From Nitrospiraceae bacterium (lineage in GTDB: Bacteria > Nitrospirota > Thermodesulfovibrionia > Thermodesulfovibrionales > UBA1546): 62,521 nt of DNA. Positions 48,203-56,816 of this stretch are shown piece by piece. The DNA is taken from contig QZJQ01000003.1 in the NCBI GenBank assembly GCA_003599795.1, forward strand, positions 1 to 62,521. The letters are read 5' to 3'. Positions within the stretch are counted from its first letter, which is position 1. Each line of letters begins with the position of its first letter. A program made the translations under genes and the position numbers. The notes beneath the pieces are model-generated. The model worked only from the letters and a program-made list of their open reading frames with translations, did not search any database and had not been told where the DNA came from.

Positions 48203-49993
48203 CTATCCAGTTACAGATATGACCTCTTCGTAAGTTGTAATACCTTCAAGCATTTTCTTTATGGCTGTTTGCCGCAGGTTAACCATGCCGTCTGCTTTTG
48301 CAGCATCATAAATCGTGGACAGTTCTGCTTTATCATTTAACAGTCTTTTTAGTTTATCAGTGAATTCCATCACCTCGAAAATGCCTGTTCTCCCTCTATA
48401 ACCCGTGCCGCGACATTCAAGGCAACCCTCGCCATAATATATTTTGTAAGGTTTTTTAACGAGCTGTAGATGGTCTGTTTCTTCTTCTGTAAGCGCCCCT
48501 TCTTTTTTGCAGTAAGGGCATATCTTTCTTACCAGTCTCTGCGCGACTATGCCTATTACAGTTGATGACAGAAGAAAAGCAGGCACCCCAATATCAAGAA
48601 GCCTGGTAACGGACGATGGCGCATCGTTTGTGTGCAATGTGCTCAGAACAAGATGTCCTGTAAGGGCGGATTGAACTGCGTTCTCTGCAGTTTCTTTATC
48701 GCGTATCTCACCAACCATTATAATGTCCGGGTCCTGCCGGAGGATGGTTCTCAGAATATTGGCAAACGTCACATTAATAGCGGGCTGAACCCCAACCTGA
48801 TTGAACTCTTCAACAATCATTTCAATCGGCTCTTCTATGGTAATAATATTCACATCAGGCGATGCCAGCGCCCTAAGCGTAGAATATAATGTGGTGGTTT
48901 TGCCGCTGCCTGTGGGACCTGTAACAAGTATGATTCCATTAGGTCTCCGGATAAAGGAATTGTAGAGCTGAAACTCGCGCGGATAGAATCCGAGATGGTC
49001 AATGTCCTGAAGAAGCACCTCAGGGTCGAATATTCTTATGACAACTTTTTCTCCGAATGCGACAGGAAGCGTTGACACTCTTATTTCTATATCTTTACCG
49101 TTATAATTTGTCTTTATTCTTCCGTCCTGTGGTCTTCTTTTTTCAGCTATATCCATTCTTGAAAGCATCTTTATTCTTGATATAATGGGGGCATGAATAA
49201 TTTTGGGGATTGTATGAATATAGTGTAATATTCCATCTATTCGCAATCTGACAAAAGCCTTTTCTTTTTTAGGTTCGATATGGATATCGCTGGCCCTCTG
49301 GTCAAATGCATAATGCAAGAGATATTCCACTGCATTTATTATATGCTGGTCTGTTGCCTCTATTTCACCCTGCCCTTTTAGATTGACATACTGCTCAAGA
49401 CTTCCAAGTTCAAAGATAGACGATGCCTCGGCCTCCGCTCCTTCAACCGACATACGGAATCCAAAGAACTCACGCACGATTTTAATTATGTCGCTCTTTG
49501 AACTGAGCACGATTTTCACCTTGATCTTCCTTGCGTTTTCCAGACTCTCAACAGGTTCAAGATTGAATGGATCGGCAATTGCCAATGTTACAATGCCGTC
49601 TTTTTCATCAACTGGAATAACAAGATATCTCATAGCAAATGGCCGGGACACATAAGAAGTAACTATATCAAGATTCAGTTTTAAGGGATCTATTTTTCTA
49701 TACTCTACCCCTGTTTCGTCTGCAATAACCTGTGTAATGGCATCTTCTGTAAGTATTCTGCCTTCTTTGCCGGGAATTTCGATATTAAAGGAAGATATTA
49801 CTTCAGCGGGTAAAATAGGGCATTGCTGCCTGTGGAGGTGTCTTGGATGCGCAGTATCCTGCAGTTTTTGAAGTCTGGCCTTCTGATCACTGCCCTTTAA
49901 TATTATATTTTTACACTGCTCCTCCGATATAACACCACGTTTGAGCAAAGCCTTTGCCGCAAATTCTACTGTGAACTGTTTGTTCTTAACCAT
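48203..49993 (-). CDS. GspE/PilB-family type II/IV secretion ATPase
   Basis: 596-aa; Walker A GPTGSGKTT, Asp box, Walker B IMVGEIRD, tetracysteine CPYC...CLEC. Confidence 0.9.
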   Translation of the reverse strand: MVKNKQFTVEFAAKALLKRGVISEEQCKNIILKGSDQKARLQKLQDTAHPRHLHRQQCPILPAEVISSFNIEIPGKEGRILTEDAITQVIADETGVEYRKIDPLKLNLDIVTSYVSRPFAMRYLVIPVDEKDGIVTLAIADPFNLEPVESLENARKIKVKIVLSSKSDIIKIVREFFGFRMSVEGAEAEASSIFELGSLEQYVNLKGQGEIEATDQHIINAVEYLLHYAFDQRASDIHIEPKKEKAFVRLRIDGILHYIHTIPKIIHAPIISRIKMLSRMDIAEKRRPQDGRIKTNYNGKDIEIRVSTLPVAFGEKVVIRIFDPEVLLQDIDHLGFYPREFQLYNSFIRRPNGIILVTGPTGSGKTTTLYSTLRALASPDVNIITIEEPIEMIVEEFNQVGVQPAINVTFANILRTILRQDPDIIMVGEIRDKETAENAVQSALTGHLVLSTLHTNDAPSSVTRLLDIGVPAFLLSSTVIGIVAQRLVRKICPYCKKEGALTEEETDHLQLVKKPYKIYYGEGCLECRGTGYRGRTGIFEVMEFTDKLKRLLNDKAELSTIYDAAKADGMVNLRQTAIKKMLEGITTYEEVISVTG

Positions 49994-50060
49994 TTCGTAT
50001 TATACAAAAATGTTGCAAGAAGTGGGGATTGCTATTTGTATTTTCTGCCGCTTTTTAATG

Positions 50061-52889
50061 CTACAAATAATACTCTTTCAGGTATTTTCCTGTATATGAT
50101 GTTTTTGATTTTATTATATCTTCGGGTTTTCCTTCAAATATTATCCTGCCTCCCCTTTCCCCGCCCTCAGGCCCCAAATCAATAATTTTGTCTGCTGCCC
50201 TGATGACATCAAGGTTATGCTCTATAACAAGAACTGTATTTCCTGTATCAACAAGCCTCTGAAGAACGTCAAGCAATGCCTTCACATCTTTGAAATGAAG
50301 CCCGACCGTAGGTTCGTCAAGAATGTATAGATAATGGGGGTTGGGGGTTGGGGATTGGTTTTTACTAACCCCTAATCCCCAGTCCCTAATCCCTGTCAGT
50401 TCGTTGCATATTTTTATCCTCTGCGACTCGCCTCCTGAAAAGGTTGTTGCCGGCTGTCCGAGCCTGAGATAACCGAGCCCGATGTCTTTCATTAATGACA
50501 GCCTGCCTTTAATCTGTGTGATACCTGAAAAGAAATCCGAAGCCTCATCAACCGTCATGTTCAGGATGTCATTAATATTTTTGCCTTGATATGAAATCCT
50601 CAATGCCTCAGGTTTATATCTCTTGCCTCCGCACTCTTCGCACGTCACATAAAGGTCTTCAAAAAAATACATCTCCATCTTCTGATACCCCTCGCCCCTG
50701 CATGTCTCACACCTGCCGCCGGGAACATTAAATGAAAAAAATCCCGGGCTGTATCCGTGCGCCTTTGCCTCGTGCTGTTCTGAAAAAAGCCTGCGGATAG
50801 GGTCAAACATTTTAAGATAGGTAAGTACATTTGAACGAGGGCTTTTGCCTATCGGAGCCTGGTCTATAAGTTTTACGTTTTTTATGTGCTCTGTTCCGCT
50901 TATGCCTTTATACGGCAGCGGCACATCAGGTTCAACCTTAAAATGTTTTGCCAGTGCCCTGTAAAATGTCTCAACCACAAGGCTGCTTTTGCCTGAGCCT
51001 GAAACTCCGGTTACTGCCGTAAGGGTCCCTATTGGTATTTTGAGGTCAACGGATTTAAGGTTATTGCCCGAGGCGCCGCTCAGTGATACAAAGTATTTAG
51101 GAGTTAGGGGCCGGGGTTTAGTTTTACTAACCCCTAATCCCAAATCCCTAATACCCGTTTTGTTGATGTATTGTGCCGTCAACGTGTCTGCTTTCAAAAA
51201 AATTTCCATTGCTCCTGAAAATACAACCGCTCCTCCATTACTGCCGCCTCCGGGGCCCAGCTCCACCACCCAGTCGGCAGTTTTGATAATATCTTTGTCG
51301 TGTTCAACAACAATTATCGTATTGCCAAGCCCTGAGAGTTCAGACATTATCTTTGCGATTCTTTCGGTATCCCTTGGATGAAGCCCGACTGTAGGCTCAT
51401 CAAGCACATAAAGCGTTCCGGTGAGCAGGGAACTGAGCTGGTTTGAAAGATTTACGCGCTGATATTCTCCTCCTGAAAGCGTCTTGCCCTGCCTGCTGAG
51501 GCTGAGATAATCAAGGCCGACTCTGCTGAGGAATTGAAGTTTCAGACTTATCTGTCTGAGAGGTTCCTTCGCAAGGTCTCTTTGAAATCGTGATATGTCA
51601 GCATCAGTGAAAAACTTTATAAGCCCTGAAACAGGAAGTTCGCAAATTTCGGCGATATCAAGATTGGAAACCTTATATGCAAGCGATTCCTTTTTCAGCC
51701 TTTTGCCCTTGCACGCGTGACATACAGCTGCCTTCCTGTGTCTGCTCAGAAATACCCTGACATGCAGTTTATATCTTTTGGTTTCAAGCTCCTCAAAAAA
51801 ATTGTCTATGCCGTAGAAATCATCTGTGCCTTTAAAGAGCTTGCCTTTTTCTTCCTTTGAAAGCTCATTGAAAGGTTTCTTTATATCAATGCCTGCTTTT
51901 TTAGCCCCTGCAATCATCTGTTTTTTCCACCACTTATATCCGGCTTTTTCCCATACGCCTATGGCGCCTTCTGAAAGGGAAAGATACTTATCCGGGATTA
52001 TAAGTTCTTCATCATAAACAAGAATATTTCCGAACCCTTTGCATTCAGGACACGCTCCAATAGGGTGATTAAAGGAGAACAGCAGCGGCGAAGGCTCAGG
52101 AAGAAAGATATTGCACTCATCGCATACATTCTCGGAAGAAAAACTGTGAACTGTGAACTGCGAACCGTGAACTGCATCAACGAGGATAACTTTCATGCTT
52201 CCGTTTCCCTCTTTCCATGCCATCTCTATGGAATCCGAAAGCCTCGGCTCATCTTTTATCACAAGCCGGTCAAGAACGATATCAAAGCGTTCAGCGTTCA
52301 GCGTTCGGCGTTCAGCGTTTTTTTCTGACAGCTGACGGCTGACAACTGACAACTCAAGTACTTCTCCATCAATCCATGCCCTGTGAAAACCCCTTTGTTT
52401 GAGGCTCTCAAGTGATTCCGAAGAATTGAAGATGATTATTGCCTTGCTTCCCGTATATTTTTCAGTTAATTCCTTGGCCACCTGAGAGGCATCCCATTTC
52501 CGTATCTCTTTCCCGCACCTGGGGCAGAATGGAGTTGCTATTTTTGAATAAAGAAGCCGCAGAAGGTCATAGATTTCCGTAAGAGTTCCCACTGTTGAGC
52601 GCGAGCCTTTGACAGGATTTTTCTGTTCAAGGGCTATGGCAGGACGTATATTGTGGATTGCGTCAACATCAGGCCTGTCAAGTTTTTCAAGGAAAAGCCG
52701 CGCATAAGTTGACAGGGATTCAATAAACCTCCACTGCCCTTCTGCAAAGATTGTGTCAAATGCAAGAGATGACTTGCCTGAGCCTGAAACTCCGGTTACT
52801 GCAATGACCTTGTCATGCGGAAGGCGGAGCGTGATATTTTTGAGGTTGTTCTGCCGCGCCCCCTCAATTATAAGCTCCCTGTTTGGCAT
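50061..52889 (-). CDS. uvrA: excinuclease ABC subunit A
   Basis: 942-aa; two ABC modules (GVSGSGKSS twice, LSGGE.QR, LDEPT.GLH twice), zinc modules. Contains four in-frame repeat insertions. Confidence 0.97.
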   Translation of the reverse strand: MPNRELIIEGARQNNLKNITLRLPHDKVIAVTGVSGSGKSSLAFDTIFAEGQWRFIESLSTYARLFLEKLDRPDVDAIHNIRPAIALEQKNPVKGSRSTVGTLTEIYDLLRLLYSKIATPFCPRCGKEIRKWDASQVAKELTEKYTGSKAIIIFNSSESLESLKQRGFHRAWIDGEVLELSVVSRQLSEKNAERRTLNAERFDIVLDRLVIKDEPRLSDSIEMAWKEGNGSMKVILVDAVHGSQFTVHSFSSENVCDECNIFLPEPSPLLFSFNHPIGACPECKGFGNILVYDEELIIPDKYLSLSEGAIGVWEKAGYKWWKKQMIAGAKKAGIDIKKPFNELSKEEKGKLFKGTDDFYGIDNFFEELETKRYKLHVRVFLSRHRKAAVCHACKGKRLKKESLAYKVSNLDIAEICELPVSGLIKFFTDADISRFQRDLAKEPLRQISLKLQFLSRVGLDYLSLSRQGKTLSGGEYQRVNLSNQLSSLLTGTLYVLDEPTVGLHPRDTERIAKIMSELSGLGNTIIVVEHDKDIIKTADWVVELGPGGGSNGGAVVFSGAMEIFLKADTLTAQYINKTGIRDLGLGVSKTKPRPLTPKYFVSLSGASGNNLKSVDLKIPIGTLTAVTGVSGSGKSSLVVETFYRALAKHFKVEPDVPLPYKGISGTEHIKNVKLIDQAPIGKSPRSNVLTYLKMFDPIRRLFSEQHEAKAHGYSPGFFSFNVPGGRCETCRGEGYQKMEMYFFEDLYVTCEECGGKRYKPEALRISYQGKNINDILNMTVDEASDFFSGITQIKGRLSLMKDIGLGYLRLGQPATTFSGGESQRIKICNELTGIRDWGLGVSKNQSPTPNPHYLYILDEPTVGLHFKDVKALLDVLQRLVDTGNTVLVIEHNLDVIRAADKIIDLGPEGGERGGRIIFEGKPEDIIKSKTSYTGKYLKEYYL
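50336..50394. repeat. STRR-like hairpin element (G-rich heptamers - TTTTACTAA - C-rich heptamers) in frame in uvrA
   Basis: GGGGGTT GGGGGTT GGGGATT GG-TTTTTACTAA-CCCCTAAT CCCCAGT CCCTAAT CCC; translated [19 protein letters not shown] between the ABC signature and Walker B of the second module. Confidence 0.9.
51100..51155. repeat. second copy of the same element in uvrA
   Basis: GGAGTTAGGGGCCGGGGTTTAG-TTTTACTAA-CCCCTAATCCCAAATCCCTAATACC. Shares the 20-mer TTTTACTAACCCCTAATCCC with 50336-50394; translated [19 protein letters not shown]. Confidence 0.9.
52144..52175. repeat. heptamer array (CTGTGAA)x4 in frame in uvrA
   Basis: CTGTGAA CTGTGAA CTGCGAA CCGTGAA CTGC; translated [10 protein letters not shown]. 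Confidence 0.85.
52287..52354. repeat. double heptamer array (GCGTTCA)x4 - T7 - (CTGACAR)x4 in frame in uvrA
   Basis: Read directly; translated [24 protein letters not shown]. Confidence 0.85.
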
Positions 52890-53239
52890 CCTGATATTTT
52901 AACATACGCATTTTATAACCGATGCCGTTTGAGCGTGCACGCAAGAGGCTGTATTTGGATAGAGGCAAGATTCACGGGTCGGTCAGAATAGGGGCTGAAG
53001 TCTCTGAGCGGATAGCCCCGCATAGCAACTTGCGACAGCCATGTATATCGCACTAAGACTTAAACAGGTGCAAAGGTAGTTTAATATTGCCGAAAGACAG
53101 GTACAGCCTCCTGCATAAATAGATTGTCAATCCAGACAAGTCGGGACTGCGGAAAGCGAAAAGGGGTTAGGCAGGGGGCATATAACTGTGATTAACCTTA
53201 TATTGCTATTTTGCATAACTTTTCAGATAATTAATATGA

Positions 53240-55945
53240 ATGGCTGACGATACAATACATAACCTATTTCTTAAAACTGCCGAAGAGCATAAGGACGGCA
53301 TTGCATTTAACTACTTTGACGGCGAGTGGAAGAAGATAACCTACGGCGCATTTGCTTCAGATTCAAAAGCCATCGCATCCTGCCTGATAAAAACAGGCAT
53401 CTGCAAGGCTGACAGAATTGCCGTATACTCGGAGAACAGGCCTGAATGGTGCGCCTCATACTTGGGAATCATGATTGCCGGAGCAATTGCTGTTCCGATT
53501 GATTCACAGCTCAATGCTGAATCTGTAAAAAATCTTCTTATTGATTCGGAATCAAGGGCTATCTTTTTCAGTTCAAAGACAGAAGCAAGTGTAAATGAAG
53601 CAACAAATGGGCTGGGGATAAGAAAAATAAGTTTTGATGCCCCTGATTTTAAGGAGATGTGCGGATTTGCTCCGGCAGAAGCTGCCCATTATCCTGAAAC
53701 ATCGCCTGATGACATTGCCTCCATCATCTATACATCGGGAACAACAGGGACGCCCAAAGGCGTGATGCTTACGCACAGAAATTTCTGCTCTGACGCAAAG
53801 GCTCTGATAAATGTAGGCATTATCACAAAATCCGACAATGTGCTTTCGCTTTTGCCTCTGCATCATACCTATCCTTTCATGTCCACTTTCCTTGTGCCTT
53901 TATTTTTAGGCGCGGCAATAACCTATTCCCCGAGTTTGAAGGGGCCTGAGATTACCGCATCAATGAGAGACAACGGCGTCACTATTCTTGTCGGCGTTCC
54001 TCAATTGCTTGAGATGATAAAAAACGGGATTATGGATAAGTTTAAAAAGCTTACCACGCCTCTGCCGCTGTTAATAAAAGCACTGTTGGAAATTTTCGGC
54101 AGCCTGAGAAAGAAAACAGGCATCAATATCAGCAAGGCAATATTAAAACCGGTTCACAGCGCGCTTGGAAGCAGATTCAGATTTTTTGCAAGCGGCGGCG
54201 CAAAGCTGGACCCTGCAGTGATGGCAGGACTTGAGGCGCTTGGCTTTACCGTGCTTGAGGGTTACGGGCTTACAGAGACATCTCCTGTTGTTACATTCAA
54301 CCCGATAAGCAAGCGGAAGCCCGGCTCTGCCGGAAAACCTCTGCCTTCGGCAGAGATAAAAATAATAAACCCTTCAGACGGAAGTGTATTAGATATTGGT
54401 AAGGAAGGGGAAATTGCAATCAGGGGCCCGATGGTGATGAAGGGCTATTATAAAAACCCCTCTGCAACAGAGCAGGCGATAAGAGATGACTATTTTTTCA
54501 GCGGAGACCTCGGCTATATTGACAGGGACGGCTATCTTTTCATCACAGGACGTATAAAGGAAGTCATTGTTCTCGGCTCAGGCAAGAATATTTATCCTGA
54601 AGAAGTGGAAAAGGAATATTCCGCTATTCCTCTGATTAAAGAAATCTGCGTGCTTGGCATTGAAGAAAAAGGCAGGATAGAAGCCCTTCATGCGATCATT
54701 GTCCCCGATTTTGAATATGCAAAAAAACAGCAGACAGGCAATATCCATGAGGCATTGGGGTGGGACCTAAGCCGCATCTCAGGCAAGCTGCCGCCTTACA
54801 TGAGGATTAAAGGTTTTACGCTGTCTTCCGAGCCTCTGCCGAGGACTCCTCTCGGGAAATTAAGAAGATTCATGATTAAAGATTTGATAAAAGAAAAGTT
54901 CCAGCCTCGGGCGGGTTCGCCTGTGGCGAAAAGGGTTAAGAGTGAAGATAAAGAACTTATGGCAGATGAAACAGGCAGAAATGTGGTTGAATGCGTAAAG
55001 CCTTTTCTCAAAGAACCGGCGGCGGTTCAATCTAAAGACAACCTTGAACTGGACCTCGGCCTTGATTCATTGCAAAGGATAGAACTTGTTGTAAGCCTTG
55101 AAAATAAATTTTCCATAAAACTTCCCGAAACATTTGCATCAGATATTCAGACAGTCGGAGAGATAGTGGAGAAGATAAAACAGTCCGCAGTCCATAGTCC
55201 GCAGTCAGCAGTCCGCTATCAGCAAGCGGAAAAAGGGCTTTTGAATATTTTCTCGCAAGAGCCTTCTGATGAGGAGAAGAAAAAAATCGGGCTTAAGCAA
55301 GGCGCAATAGAATGGTTTTTTGTGTCACTCCTGATGGGGCTTATCAAAACGTTTTTCAGAATATTTTTCAGGCTTGAAGTTAAAGGCGTAGAAAATATAC
55401 CCCCTGTCCCGTTTATCATCGCCCCAAACCACTGCAGCAATCTGGACGGTTTTGCAGTCGCTGCTGCTCTTCCTTTAAAAATTTACAGGACGCTTTATTT
55501 TCAGGGATTTCAGAAATATTTCACAAGCAGGCTGACTGCATTTTTTGCAGGGCTTGCTCACGTTATCCCCATAGACCCTGAGACCTTTCTTGGAAAAGCG
55601 CTCCAGCTCTCTGCCTATGTACTGAAAAATAACAAGGCGCTCTGCATATTTCCCGAAGGCGGAAGGTCCTATGACGGAACTCTGATGGAATTCAAAAAAG
55701 GCATCGGTATCCTTGCCTTGGAGCTCAACGTGCCTGTGGTCCCTGCAATGATAAGAGGAAGTTTTGAGGCCTTGCCAAAAGGCGCATTCCTGCCGAAATT
55801 TAAAAAGATAACAATACGTTTTGCTAAACCTTTATATCCTTCATTGCCGGATATAACCGGAGAACAGACCGGCAGAGACAAATATCAGCTGTTTGCTGAT
55901 GAACTACGGGAAAAAGTGGCAGAGCTATCCGCAAGACCTTTCTGA
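53240..55945 (+). CDS. tri-domain fusion: AMP-dependent acyl-CoA/ACP synthetase - acyl-carrier domain - 1-acyl-sn-glycerol-3-phosphate acyltransferase (Aas-like)
   Basis: 901-aa; AMP-binding motif YTSGTTGTPKGV and GDLGYIDRDGYLFITGR; phosphopantetheine site LGLDSLQRIEL; PlsC HxxxxD motif NHCSNLD and FPEGGRS. Confidence 0.85.
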   Translation: MADDTIHNLFLKTAEEHKDGIAFNYFDGEWKKITYGAFASDSKAIASCLIKTGICKADRIAVYSENRPEWCASYLGIMIAGAIAVPIDSQLNAESVKNLLIDSESRAIFFSSKTEASVNEATNGLGIRKISFDAPDFKEMCGFAPAEAAHYPETSPDDIASIIYTSGTTGTPKGVMLTHRNFCSDAKALINVGIITKSDNVLSLLPLHHTYPFMSTFLVPLFLGAAITYSPSLKGPEITASMRDNGVTILVGVPQLLEMIKNGIMDKFKKLTTPLPLLIKALLEIFGSLRKKTGINISKAILKPVHSALGSRFRFFASGGAKLDPAVMAGLEALGFTVLEGYGLTETSPVVTFNPISKRKPGSAGKPLPSAEIKIINPSDGSVLDIGKEGEIAIRGPMVMKGYYKNPSATEQAIRDDYFFSGDLGYIDRDGYLFITGRIKEVIVLGSGKNIYPEEVEKEYSAIPLIKEICVLGIEEKGRIEALHAIIVPDFEYAKKQQTGNIHEALGWDLSRISGKLPPYMRIKGFTLSSEPLPRTPLGKLRRFMIKDLIKEKFQPRAGSPVAKRVKSEDKELMADETGRNVVECVKPFLKEPAAVQSKDNLELDLGLDSLQRIELVVSLENKFSIKLPETFASDIQTVGEIVEKIKQSAVHSPQSAVRYQQAEKGLLNIFSQEPSDEEKKKIGLKQGAIEWFFVSLLMGLIKTFFRIFFRLEVKGVENIPPVPFIIAPNHCSNLDGFAVAAALPLKIYRTLYFQGFQKYFTSRLTAFFAGLAHVIPIDPETFLGKALQLSAYVLKNNKALCIFPEGGRSYDGTLMEFKKGIGILALELNVPVVPAMIRGSFEALPKGAFLPKFKKITIRFAKPLYPSLPDITGEQTGRDKYQLFADELREKVAELSARPF
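55181..55222. repeat. heptamer array (CAGTCCG-type) in frame in the Aas-like gene
   Basis: CAGTCCG CAGTCCA TAGTCCG CAGTCAG CAGTCCG CTATCAG; translated QSAVHSPQSAVRYQ in the linker between the carrier and acyltransferase domains. Confidence 0.85.
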
Positions 55946-55977
55946 GAAGACGCGCCAATTAAACCAATAAAAACTCT

Positions 55978-56769
55978 TTAAAAATACCCGGTTACAGGCC
56001 CGACTTCGTATATCTCTTCCGGCAACGCGCCTTCTTCTTTGGAAACCTTTAATGCCGGTGTTGATGCCTGATTTGACCTTGCCATTGCAACAAACTCCCC
56101 TGCCTTTGAAACAGCGCCTATGTCAACAACAAATGCCTTGTCAGGCCCCACGCCTATATAGCTGTCTCCTATTCTTCCGAAAACAGGAACATCAAAAACC
56201 AGATTGGCATTTTTGCCGTCAAAATAGATTCCTGTAACATCGTAGACTCTTAAAACAAGCGTTCCCTTAACCTTTGACAGTGTATTTTCCTTTACTTCCC
56301 AGTAGGCAAAAAGTTTCCACGGATCAACTGTCATTAATGTAATCCTGTCCTCTCCATATTCAACAGGAAGAGCTTTTTTTGCTGTAACTGCAACACCGTA
56401 CTCTTGCGCGGGGGCAAATCCCTTAACTTCTTTTTCTATCTTTTCTATAGTCCTGTGCGGTATGTGCGCTATCTTTTTCGCAGGCAGAGCAATTTTTTTA
56501 GGCTCTTTTTTTACTGTTTTTTCTACCGCCTTCTTCCTGCCGGCTGGTTTTTTCTCTTTCTCTGCTTTTCTGAGCGTTGGTTTTTTTGAGGCCGGTTTTT
56601 TCTGTTCTTTAATCTCTTTCTTTGATTTTATTGGCTTTTTTGCCTTTGCCTTCCCTTTTACAACAGCCGTCTTCTGTGTTTTTTTAGCAGGCTTTTTATC
56701 CTTTATTTTTTCCGTCTTTTTTGCCGGTTTTGCGGTCTTTTTGGCCGTGCTTTTAACCCTTATTTTCAT
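55978..56769 (-). CDS. DUF4912 domain protein with lysine-rich N-terminal tail
   Basis: 263-aa; the N-terminal 110 aa are K/A/P-rich; C-terminal LMTVDPWKLFAYWEV... matches the DUF4912 pattern. Confidence 0.65.
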   Translation of the reverse strand: MKIRVKSTAKKTAKPAKKTEKIKDKKPAKKTQKTAVVKGKAKAKKPIKSKKEIKEQKKPASKKPTLRKAEKEKKPAGRKKAVEKTVKKEPKKIALPAKKIAHIPHRTIEKIEKEVKGFAPAQEYGVAVTAKKALPVEYGEDRITLMTVDPWKLFAYWEVKENTLSKVKGTLVLRVYDVTGIYFDGKNANLVFDVPVFGRIGDSYIGVGPDKAFVVDIGAVSKAGEFVAMARSNQASTPALKVSKEEGALPEEIYEVGPVTGYF

Positions 56770-56816
56770 CTCCCCCTCCTCTCATTGAATACATTGTAGC
56801 AGGTTTGTCAAAAATA

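Noticed and set aside
52890-53239. Is the intergenic region RNase P RNA, tmRNA, SRP RNA or a known riboswitch (TPP, c-di-GMP, cobalamin, glycine)?
   Set aside because: By eye I could not find the conserved cores, for example GGAAAGUCCGGGC for RNase P, the tRNA-like end for tmRNA, or CUGAGA...ACCUGA for TPP. I kept it only as an unclassified structured-RNA candidate.
56400-56760. Low-complexity A/T-G-rich DNA that might be a non-coding repeat.
   Set aside because: It is the in-frame coding sequence of the lysine-rich tail of the DUF4912 protein. No regular period was evident.
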